From Gammaproteobacteria bacterium (GTDB lineage Bacteria > Pseudomonadota > Gammaproteobacteria > Ga0077536): 64,000 nt of DNA. Below the pieces are notes generated by a model. That model ran no database searches and was not told where the DNA came from. It saw only the letters and a program-made list of their open reading frames with translations. This document shows positions 41,679 to 50,226 of the stretch, piece after piece (positions within the stretch are counted from its first letter, which is position 1; each line of letters begins with the position of its first letter). The translations under genes and the position numbers were made by a program. The DNA is taken from contig CAXXLL010000003.1 of the NCBI GenBank assembly GCA_963662545.2, positions 128,001 through 192,000 of the forward strand, written 5' to 3'.

Positions 41679-41773
41679 ATAGGAAACTATTATAGAAATA
41701 AATTCGATTTTAGTGAAATTTTAATTCCATTAGGATTCGCCTTCGAAGGCTCGGCGAACACAGGAGATCAAAC

Positions 41774-42178
41774 ATGGCAGAAGAGATATACGCAGATGCG
41801 TGGGGTTCGATCTCCGCCGATGACGCGGCATCACGGGTTGAGATCAAATGGACAACCGCATCGGAAGCGATGACTGCCGACGATTTCAAGACGTGGCTCG
41901 AACGATTTGTCGTCGAAGTTGAATCACGTCGGGCAAAATATCTGATCGTCGATGCCAGCGAGTTTCGAATGAATCCGGCACACATGGATACGAACTGGCG
42001 CGATACGGAAATTATTCCACGCTATTGCGCCGCGGGGGTGCAGAAGTTCGCTTTTGTCATGCCGCCGCAAATGCCGGCAGTGGGTAAGCCACCTGCGATC
42101 GAAACCCCGGGAAACTATCCGACCGGCTATTTTGCGACCCACGCGGATGCTGCGGGCTGGCTCGCCGCGGTCGATTAG
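41774..42178 (+). CDS. Hypothetical protein (possibly STAS/SpoIIAA-like), divergent from LysR
   Basis: Clean 134-aa ORF with an AGGAGA RBS. Confidence 0.7.
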   Translation: MAEEIYADAWGSISADDAASRVEIKWTTASEAMTADDFKTWLERFVVEVESRRAKYLIVDASEFRMNPAHMDTNWRDTEIIPRYCAAGVQKFAFVMPPQMPAVGKPPAIETPGNYPTGYFATHADAAGWLAAVD

Positions 42179-42453
42179 ATTCGACGCTAGAGCATCTGCG
42201 GGCAACGGGGTCAGGTCTTGACTTTTGCCATAGGCGCTGGCATCGCGTCGATTCCGGTCATAACGTCATCTCGCATCAGTCGAAATTGACCGGATGACGT
42301 AGAGGTTTCGTCCCCAGCTTCGATAGAAGCGCGACAAGAAAAACTATATATGGACTTCTACCACCCAGTGCCCAGCTTCGCCCGTCCCGGGGAGCCAATT
42401 ACCCGCCGGCATCCTATCGCTGTTTTCGAAATACGGCTGCTATTCGGAACCGT

Positions 42454-42552
42454 ATGTAACGTCAAATAAGTCAACTCCGGCACCCGAATCTCTCGCATGT
42501 AACGTCAAATAAGTCAACTCCGGCACCCGAATCTCTCGGCACCCGAATCTCT
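42454..42552 (+). repeat. 43-bp tandem duplication plus a partial third copy ending GGCACCCGAATCTCT
   Basis: ATGTAACGTCAAATAAGTCAACTCCGGCACCCGAATCTCTC at 42454 and 42497; extra GGCACCCGAATCTCT at 42538. Confidence 0.88.
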
Positions 42553-42956
42553 CTCGCAGCATTCGCTCGGCGGAAAGTTACGAGAATCTGCTAAAGCCGG
42601 ACGATTACCTAGTCGATAAGGAAATCACGCGGTAGCGATCGTCGCCAACAGATAGGCGGCCAAGGATAATCATGTCGGTTCATCGATTGAGCAACGCGGC
42701 GCCGAAGCAGGCTGCACCGCGTAGAGACCAAGCCACATCGGCAACGATTTCTCGGCTGCGGCACAGCATACTCCGCATGTCGCTCGCCTATTGCGGCCAG
42801 ACGCCGAACTCGACCGAAAGCTCAATGAAGTTCGCGGCCTGATGCGCAGCGGCCAACGCGACCCCCGGTTGCACAAACTCATAGATCAGATCGTCGAAAT
42901 CGTATGTTCGATGGATCACACGCGTACCCGAGCGTGATAGCTCGGGAAATGGGGGA

Positions 42957-43386
42957 AATGGGGACATTCATCTTTTATTATTTATTCCAGCTCCAAACCC
43001 ATCGGGTCACTAATGAAGCTGATGTCCCCATAGGAAAAACCTTAGTCCGAAGAGCACTACCGTAATTGCAAGCAAAATCAGTCCGACCGCGAGTGATCGC
43101 AGTAGCTTTCCCCCAATTTTTTGTAGTGCAATTTTCACTTGCTTGAACAGACTTCAATGCACTCGAAGGTCAGCCCAAGTGAAATTCCCGTGGCCACGCC
43201 CCCGATGACGGGTACAGCTTTTGCCGCCGCAGTACTGAATTTCTCAACGATCTCCACACCGGCACGTTTTATGGATTCGCCCGCTAGTTCGCCCCCAATG
43301 AACACGGGAGAACAATGTATTGTGCATCGAACACATTGGAATAATGGGGACATTCATCTTTTATTTTAAAAGATGAATGTCCCCAT
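42957..43386. repeat. Two GGGGACAT-ended palindromes (~42957-43031 and ~43342-43386)
   Basis: Both begin AATGGGGACATTCATCTTTTA; the second is a near-perfect hairpin ending TAAAAGATGAATGTCCCCATT. Confidence 0.85.
43135..43341 (-). pseudogene. Orphan C-terminal fragment resembling a polymorphic-toxin tip
   Basis: Cys-flanked hydrophobic Gly/Ala helix (AAAKAVPVIGGVATGISLGLTFECIEVC); no native start; lies between palindromes. Confidence 0.35.
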
Positions 43387-43423
43387 TCACGCCGAACCTC
43401 CCTAGAATCTTCTCTACGCATCT

Positions 43424-44803
43424 CTAAGAAGCGTAATATTTCACTTCCAGCATCGTGAAATCGTCATCGAGGCGCAGGGAACCGTGCAGATCCCTGACGT
43501 GGTCGAGTAGCCTGTCCATAATCGGAGTTCCTGCCGATCGTTTTGTTTGCAGAAACCATGCGAGGTCGGCAAGCGACCAAAAAGAACCATCCAGGCGTTT
43601 AATTTCGTAGACACCATCGCTGTAGAGGTAAATAGACCCCGAGCCGTTCAGCGTTCGACGTAGAGTCGCATACTGTTGCGTGGGCATCACTCCGAGCATC
43701 AATCCGGTGGAAGGCAATAGTACGGGCGTTTCTACACCTTCTTCGAACAAAAAGGCATCCGGGTGTCCGCCTCCAGCCCATTTCAGCTCGCGGCTGCCGA
43801 TGTCGAATACGCCGTACCAGATGGTAAACAACTTGTGATCCTGTTCATCGCCCTGGAATCGTTCGTTAAGCGCGGCGAGTACTGCACCCGGATCTTTGAA
43901 ATCCGTATTCGGCAATGAACCAGACCGTAAAACATTGATGATCGACACGGATAACAGCGCGGAATACAGGCCGTGGCCCGTAACGTCGATGATATAGGCG
44001 GCAATGTGATCGTCGTCAATGCCGTGGAAGCCGAGCGAATCACCGCCGAGGTCTGTTGCAGGCACCCAGCGCCAATCGAATATCAGAGGGTGGTGCTCAG
44101 ATCGCGGAATCAGACTCCGTACATAATCAGCGGCCGCCTGCACGTCCACTGACATTTGCGCGTTTGCCGCCTGTAACTCGCCGAGCAGTTCGGTCGTGCG
44201 AACCTGTTCCCGCCGCAGCCGGGTGACATAAGTCGACAGTAAAATGAACAGATAAGTAAGCAGACCGACAATGTTAATTGTCGCCATCATCTCGGTGTTT
44301 AAGCGGGACGGTGTAGCTTCACGAAATGTGCCCCCAAACAAGATAACGGCCGAGACGGTTACCAAACAAACCGCGAATGAAAACCAAGGTGTCTTTTGGC
44401 GTCGGAAGACAAGCAGGCCGAGCGGCCCGAGGAACGTCCACATAACGCGCGCTCCCGAATCGACGAAGCCTCCTAGGGCCAACGTGACTGCCGGTGGCGT
44501 CGCCATGACACCAATAACAGCCGCGTACAGGACCAGCAGCGTATGCCGGCCGGTTATCCTCAAATAGAGGTAAATTGCGAGGAGCTCAAGGCAAAAAACC
44601 GTATCGAGAAAAGCAGCAAGCTTTTCGCCTGCGAACCATTCGAGCGAACCCAATAGCAGCGCAATAAAAAAACCGAGCAGCAAGACGCCCGCCATCAATT
44701 GTTTTGATTGGATCTCGGCAACACTTTCACCGTCGAGAACCGGAGCTGCGCTGATAAATCGCACAGCATTAGTGAACCAAGAGGTAAGGTATTCAGCGGC
44801 CAC
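43424..44803 (-). CDS. Membrane-bound PP2C/SpoIIE-family phosphatase
   Basis: Multi-TM N-terminus, LGGD, DVTGHG, AGGGHP, YSDGVYE, DDFT. Confidence 0.9.
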   Translation of the reverse strand: MAAEYLTSWFTNAVRFISAAPVLDGESVAEIQSKQLMAGVLLLGFFIALLLGSLEWFAGEKLAAFLDTVFCLELLAIYLYLRITGRHTLLVLYAAVIGVMATPPAVTLALGGFVDSGARVMWTFLGPLGLLVFRRQKTPWFSFAVCLVTVSAVILFGGTFREATPSRLNTEMMATINIVGLLTYLFILLSTYVTRLRREQVRTTELLGELQAANAQMSVDVQAAADYVRSLIPRSEHHPLIFDWRWVPATDLGGDSLGFHGIDDDHIAAYIIDVTGHGLYSALLSVSIINVLRSGSLPNTDFKDPGAVLAALNERFQGDEQDHKLFTIWYGVFDIGSRELKWAGGGHPDAFLFEEGVETPVLLPSTGLMLGVMPTQQYATLRRTLNGSGSIYLYSDGVYEIKRLDGSFWSLADLAWFLQTKRSAGTPIMDRLLDHVRDLHGSLRLDDDFTMLEVKYYAS

Positions 44804-44988
44804 GTTTATCTTCTATGGGATTCGCGAGGATTCGGATGCCGTAGTTGATTTATTTGACTAAACACGTTGCACCGTCCGTCGGAATCATGAAAGCGCGCGG
44901 CACGTCGATCTGCTGGCCCACCGCGCTCATCCTCAAGCCTGAATATGAACGACTCTGCCCCTGTTACGGGAGACCCAGCGATCCCGAA

Positions 44989-47900
44989 CTAGCTCGCAGA
45001 TCCCGGCGACACCACCTGACCTTGGGAAGGCGACTTCGGTTTTCGCCAGGGCTGCCACAAACCGCCGCTCGCGATACACGACCAGCCCCAGCGCAACCAT
45101 CTGACGATCGCCAGCGCCAGCCACAGCGCCCAGGCAAGCATCAAGATCCGGTAGACGAGGAGCGGCACCGAAATCACCTTCGCCGTCGGCGGTATGGCGT
45201 CGACCCGATCGGCATACCAGCGCAGTTGGTGGGGATCGGACGCGTTGCCGGCCACGTGCATGCTCGGATCCCCGAGCAAGCCGTGCCGGATCGCTTCGAT
45301 GAGCACCATTAACGCCGCAATGGTCAGGATCACCAGGCCGATCTGTACCAGGTTGAACTTCGCGCCAGACACGCTGGCGCCGTGTCGCTCGCGCAGGCCG
45401 AGTGCGAGCAACCAGATCACCACCACTGCCGCGAGGGGTACGAACAATTGGCTGAGACCAATGACGAGCAATAGCCACTCGTGGGTCTTCAAGGGGGTGA
45501 TGTGCACGCGCGAAAGCCCAAGCGCAACGATCAACAAGGCCCCGAGCAGACTCCAAAACAGTACCGCCGGTCCGAGGCGCGGACCGAAGGTCAACAGCGT
45601 CCAGCGATCGGATCCCAGGATCAATTCGATACGGTGATTGATGCTCGGGATCGCGAGATCGATCGCGGCCGTGCGGCGTACCGTACTGATACCCGTGTTA
45701 TCGCGCCATGCCATCGAGACGGACTGCGCACCAGGTGTGATCGGGATCGTGAGTGTGCCTTCCTGGGCGCGGATCGGCTGCGGCACGTTGTTGATACGCA
45801 CCTCCTGCAGCTTCGCATCGCCCGGTAGCTTCAACGTGTATTGGCCGCCTTTGCTGCTGCGCAGTTTGAGTTCCAGGCTGCTTTCGGTGGCGCGCTTACC
45901 GGGTTTCACGATCAGCAGACTCGAATCGATGGTGATCGTCTGCCCGGCAACGCCCACGGGTTTCTGTACCGACACCGAAATCGACTCGCCGGGCCACGGC
46001 CGCCATTCGGGGATCCAGCGGTCGCCCTCGCCTTGATGATGTGTCGGCGCGATACCATCCAGAGTTACGTGCCAGGTGGGGCCCGCCTGCAGACGCCAGG
46101 TTTCAGCCCAGGACAGAATGTCCGGTGCATGCAGTGAAATGACATCGCGTTTTGCGAGCACTGATTCCCATGACAGGGATTGTTGCCTCGAGGGCATATT
46201 CACCTGTACGGCACCGTCTACCACTTCGATGCGCGGTGTCACGACCGATTCGCCGTCGAGCAAAGGTACCGCGATCACGACTGCGCTATCGTTGCGAACC
46301 ACGCGCACGACGCGCGTAGAAACCGACCACTCGAGGCCAAGCCTGAGCGTTCGCTCCACGCGCACAAATGGCGGCAGCTGGGTCTGCTCGAAAGCGTCTT
46401 GCCGCGTCGACGCAAGGTTCGTGTCGACGCGAGTGAGTTCGAGCTGCGCCTCGACGGTGCCGTCCGCCCGCAGGCCGTGCAGCGTCCAACCATCCATACG
46501 TCCAATTTCTACAATATGCGGTTTCAACGGCAGCGACACTTGCACCTGCGCGCGGTGCGGCAGACCACCCGTCAATAACAATTGATGCACGCCCGCCGGG
46601 ATCTGTAACCACAAATTTCCGGCCGGATCCCGTGACAGGGCATTACTCGGTGCGTCATTTAAGCGCACGTCCTCCGGTATCCAAACGCGCGCGTTCCCGG
46701 GCAGCGGTATCGCCGTCGCGGCCGCGCTGTGGACCTCGAGCCGTAACGAGAGGACCGTCGGTTGAACATCGACACGCATCCGCACGATGTCGGCGCATTG
46801 GCCGGCGCAGTCCGGCGGCGCCGTCAGCCGCTCACCCAACTGTTTTAGCAGATCGCCATCCGGAAATGGTGCCGCTTGAGCCTCACCACCGGTGCTCAGC
46901 GCTGTCGCCAGTATCAAGGTCATGACCATCGACCCGCGCCTCGCAAGTTCCATAAGCCGCCGCGTCGTGACTCCGGAAACCACCATTAACAACGCGAGCA
47001 ACATGGCGACGCGTGCAAAGTGAAGCGCCATGTTCGCAGCCGGCGTGATATAGACGATCGACAGCCGATGATCCGCGTCGACTGGCCCGTTCCAGCCGAG
47101 TCTCATCGCACGCCATTGCCAATCGGGGAGGCCCGGGCCCGTCTGGACGATGACGGTGGGGTCGATTCGATAGAGGTCCGCGGTCTGGCGCGCGCCGCGA
47201 GTCGCCTCGGCACGCGGCAATGCCTTCATGCGGGTAACCGCGTCGGCGGCAACCGGCGCGTCGAGCATCATTTCATCGGCGAATTCCATTTCCATTGACG
47301 CGGGCGCTTGCCCGCCCGCAATCTCTTTTTTATCCGCATCCATCACGGCGGATAATTCCACCGCTGCACGCGGGTAGTAACGCGCGGGCTGCGACAACTG
47401 CGGGTAAACCGCCAAACGCAGTTGCTGAACCACGAAGGGAACGCTGATCAAGATCAACACCAGCGCCGTGACGTTTCGATAGCCCGTAATGAGTGATTGG
47501 ATTCGACCGGCGGGCACCACCCGCAGGAGAGCGATCGCGACGAGCAGGTGCACCCAGATTTGGCGAGGGGCCCCGGGGGCGTGCCAGATGATGACCATGG
47601 TAAGGAACGCGATGGCCGCGGCGCGCCAATTCCACAATCGCGACACGGCGGCCGCAATGACCAGCACCAGAAACAGGTCGAGCAGTGTCCACCGTGCCAG
47701 CCAGGTGTCGGGAACGGTGTCGACGCCTCGTACGGAGAACAGATCCCACCCGGGCGGCAAATTGATGGTAGCCGTCACGCTTTGAAAATCGTGTGCCCAT
47801 CCGGTCGCGGCAAACTCGTCCACTTCGCGGCGCATGCGCGCATCGGCCTGGAGATCGACCTGACCGCTGCGCAGCTCGACGCCTTCGAGACCCTCCTCCT

Positions 47901-49119
47901 CGACCCGCGTAATGAATTGCGGTTTCCCGCTGATCAGCACTTGTCCGAGTTCCAACTCGCTACGGCTGTCCAGCCGCCAGCTTCGTGTAACCGTTCCGGA
48001 AATCTTGTCTCGCGTCGTATAGCCGCCGCCGTTAAAGTCGAGCCACATCTCACGTACGAGCTTGAGCTTGTCCGGCTCCGGGTCAGGGTCGCCGCGTCGC
48101 GTGACGATGAGACGCATAGCGTCGCCGTCGCGGACAGTGAACAGCGGCAAATGGTGCCACTCCTTCGGCGCACGGGTTTGGCGCGCATCGACCGCGTTGA
48201 CACCCTCGATTTCGACGACACGGATGTTGTTGCGTGCCTCAAAGGCCCAGATCTCCTCGCTCGGCCAGGGTGTCGGCTGTCCCGTCTTGTTCAGGACGGT
48301 GATCGGTGCGGGGTGACGCGCACCGATCACAATGACGTGGCGTCCCGGCCGAAGTTGTACCGCCAGTCGGCCGTCGGGTTCGAGACGCGCTGGCAGCGGT
48401 GCCTGCACGTAGGTCGGAATAAAGCCCGGCGGCAGCGGCGAGCCGACGATTTGTTCGCGCTGTTCGCCGGTGACGTCAAGCTCCAGACGGGTATGCAACT
48501 CAAGCGGATTGTCGTCGACAATCCGCCGCAACACCGTCAAGGTGACCTTGTTTTGGTCCTGTTCGCGTTCGTCACCGGCAGCCTGTTTATCCGCCCGTAA
48601 CCAGATCTGGCCATTGCGATTGGCGACCGGTTGACTGATCTTCGTGCCGTTGATGGTAAGCCGCACCAGGCCGCTGTCGGATGGGATGGTTAACGATTCC
48701 GGCACCGCATCCCAGTCGAACACACCTTCGATGCGGTGTTGACCCGGCTCGAGATGTAATGTCGGGCGGCCCCCGCGAGCAACGACGACCACCATGCGGC
48801 CGTCGACGCGCACCCGCTGTGGCCATGCCGCAAGCTTGCCCGGCAGGACGATCCAGCTGTCGGCGAAGACTTCCCACCGCGCGATAAAGCGCCCGCCGTC
48901 GTCGTTTAATTCGAGATTTAATCGCCCGGGCCAGGCACAGCGCTTCTTCGTCGCATTGTTGTAGAGAAACGGACAGCCGTAGGTTGGCTTGTCGAACGTG
49001 ACCCAGTCGATCCAGGGTCTTAAGGGCTCGGGTACTTCGTGCAGTTCAATCGGTTGGGCGGCGAGTGTGACTACAGCAAACAACAAGCCTGTTAGAAGGC
49101 AATAACGAAAATAAATCAT
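44989..49119 (-). CDS. Large hypothetical membrane protein (~1376 aa)
   Basis: Long ORF with a signal peptide, two extracytoplasmic regions and two TM clusters. Confidence 0.8.
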   Translation of the reverse strand: MIYFRYCLLTGLLFAVVTLAAQPIELHEVPEPLRPWIDWVTFDKPTYGCPFLYNNATKKRCAWPGRLNLELNDDGGRFIARWEVFADSWIVLPGKLAAWPQRVRVDGRMVVVVARGGRPTLHLEPGQHRIEGVFDWDAVPESLTIPSDSGLVRLTINGTKISQPVANRNGQIWLRADKQAAGDEREQDQNKVTLTVLRRIVDDNPLELHTRLELDVTGEQREQIVGSPLPPGFIPTYVQAPLPARLEPDGRLAVQLRPGRHVIVIGARHPAPITVLNKTGQPTPWPSEEIWAFEARNNIRVVEIEGVNAVDARQTRAPKEWHHLPLFTVRDGDAMRLIVTRRGDPDPEPDKLKLVREMWLDFNGGGYTTRDKISGTVTRSWRLDSRSELELGQVLISGKPQFITRVEEEGLEGVELRSGQVDLQADARMRREVDEFAATGWAHDFQSVTATINLPPGWDLFSVRGVDTVPDTWLARWTLLDLFLVLVIAAAVSRLWNWRAAAIAFLTMVIIWHAPGAPRQIWVHLLVAIALLRVVPAGRIQSLITGYRNVTALVLILISVPFVVQQLRLAVYPQLSQPARYYPRAAVELSAVMDADKKEIAGGQAPASMEMEFADEMMLDAPVAADAVTRMKALPRAEATRGARQTADLYRIDPTVIVQTGPGLPDWQWRAMRLGWNGPVDADHRLSIVYITPAANMALHFARVAMLLALLMVVSGVTTRRLMELARRGSMVMTLILATALSTGGEAQAAPFPDGDLLKQLGERLTAPPDCAGQCADIVRMRVDVQPTVLSLRLEVHSAAATAIPLPGNARVWIPEDVRLNDAPSNALSRDPAGNLWLQIPAGVHQLLLTGGLPHRAQVQVSLPLKPHIVEIGRMDGWTLHGLRADGTVEAQLELTRVDTNLASTRQDAFEQTQLPPFVRVERTLRLGLEWSVSTRVVRVVRNDSAVVIAVPLLDGESVVTPRIEVVDGAVQVNMPSRQQSLSWESVLAKRDVISLHAPDILSWAETWRLQAGPTWHVTLDGIAPTHHQGEGDRWIPEWRPWPGESISVSVQKPVGVAGQTITIDSSLLIVKPGKRATESSLELKLRSSKGGQYTLKLPGDAKLQEVRINNVPQPIRAQEGTLTIPITPGAQSVSMAWRDNTGISTVRRTAAIDLAIPSINHRIELILGSDRWTLLTFGPRLGPAVLFWSLLGALLIVALGLSRVHITPLKTHEWLLLVIGLSQLFVPLAAVVVIWLLALGLRERHGASVSGAKFNLVQIGLVILTIAALMVLIEAIRHGLLGDPSMHVAGNASDPHQLRWYADRVDAIPPTAKVISVPLLVYRILMLAWALWLALAIVRWLRWGWSCIASGGLWQPWRKPKSPSQGQVVSPGSAS

Positions 49120-49403
49120 GAATCCCTCATGGAGCCGCTCCAGACCCATTGCAATGCATCTTATACTAGCGCTTACCCTTCAACGGTTCGAACATCAAAT
49201 AGGAATTAACGGCCAACCCAGGCGCCGGAGTGAAATATTTTTTACCAGGCCAGTTTATTCGCGTACACCCCGCCACACCGTGGCTGACCGCACGCTTCAG
49301 TGTCTTCCCGATCTATTTTGGTGATGTAAAAAGGGACGGTTTTATTTTGATCACGGAGACAAGCAGTGTGCCGTCATGCTCGTAAGCGGCGAAGCACGAA
49401 CGC

Positions 49404-49979
49404 ATGAGCGCTGAGTCAATTAGCGGTTCCTTGCAAAGCGAAATCTGGCGCGTGGCCTCGCTGTTGGAGCAATTGCCGAGCGCGCCGGAAGCTGGACACC
49501 TGCTGGACGATCTGGCGGCGTGTTTTGGTGACTTGCGTTTTAACAATGAGGCTGCTCGCGTCGAGACCGAGGAACGGATCTGGACAATATGGTGCGATCA
49601 TCCCGAGCCGCAAACAAAAGCACAGATGTCGCTGGGGATCCGGCTGCTCACAGCCGCCAAGTTGGATCAAGCCGAAGCGGTGTTCGACCAGCTTATCGAG
49701 CGACATCCCGAATGGACCGAAGCGTGGAACAAGCGGGCGACGGTATACTTTCTCCAGGGCCGCGATACAGCCAGCATTCGCGATATTTACAGCACGCTTG
49801 AGCTCGAACCACGCCACTTTGGTGCGCTCGGCGGCTTTGCACAGATATGCATGCGAAATGGGTTACCGGGTTCAGCGCTGGCTGCGCTGGAGCATCTGCT
49901 TGCGGTCAACCCTGGCGCACCCGGGATCGCTGAAGCGATCGCGGCGATTAAACAAAACGCACCAGACACTATGCATTGA
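49404..49979 (+). CDS. Tetratricopeptide repeat protein
   Basis: EERIWTIW, PEWTEAWNKRATVYF, LEPRHFGAL.G. Confidence 0.85.
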   Translation: MSAESISGSLQSEIWRVASLLEQLPSAPEAGHLLDDLAACFGDLRFNNEAARVETEERIWTIWCDHPEPQTKAQMSLGIRLLTAAKLDQAEAVFDQLIERHPEWTEAWNKRATVYFLQGRDTASIRDIYSTLELEPRHFGALGGFAQICMRNGLPGSALAALEHLLAVNPGAPGIAEAIAAIKQNAPDTMH

Positions 49980-50122
49980 AAATTGGTCGCTACCAAAAAT
50001 TGGTCAGCCGCATCCAGTTCAGAGTGCTCCCAGCCACCGTGGCCATGTGAAGGAAAATGATGGTCTTCTTCCTAAATATTGAATACCCGTGACCGGATTC
50101 TTTTTGAAAAAATACATTTTTG

Positions 50123-50197
50123 AACCACAGAGAAAATAAATTTCACAGCGATCAATCATTACGTCTATTCGCTGTGATCTCTGTATCCTCTGTGGTT
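50123..50197. repeat. AACCACAGAG...CTCTGTGGTT hairpin element downstream of the RTX gene
   Basis: Same termini as 12211-12297, with an inner stem TCACAGCGA/TCGCTGTGA. Confidence 0.7.
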
Positions 50198-50226
50198 ATT
50201 CCCTACCCAAGGAAAACTGCCCTGTA

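Larger units (their letters stand above)
30302..42397. mobile_element. Genomic island at tRNA-Asn bounded by an 18-bp direct repeat; no integrase seen
   Basis: GCCCGTCCCGGGGAGCCA at 30302-30319 (tRNA 3' end) and 42380-42397; interior holds ISs, gene fragments and accessory catabolic genes. Confidence 0.75.

Noticed and set aside
42672-42937. Possible frameshifted small gene (MSVHRL...ELDRKLNEVRGLMRSG...)
   Set aside because: Needs a frameshift and I cannot assign a family with confidence.
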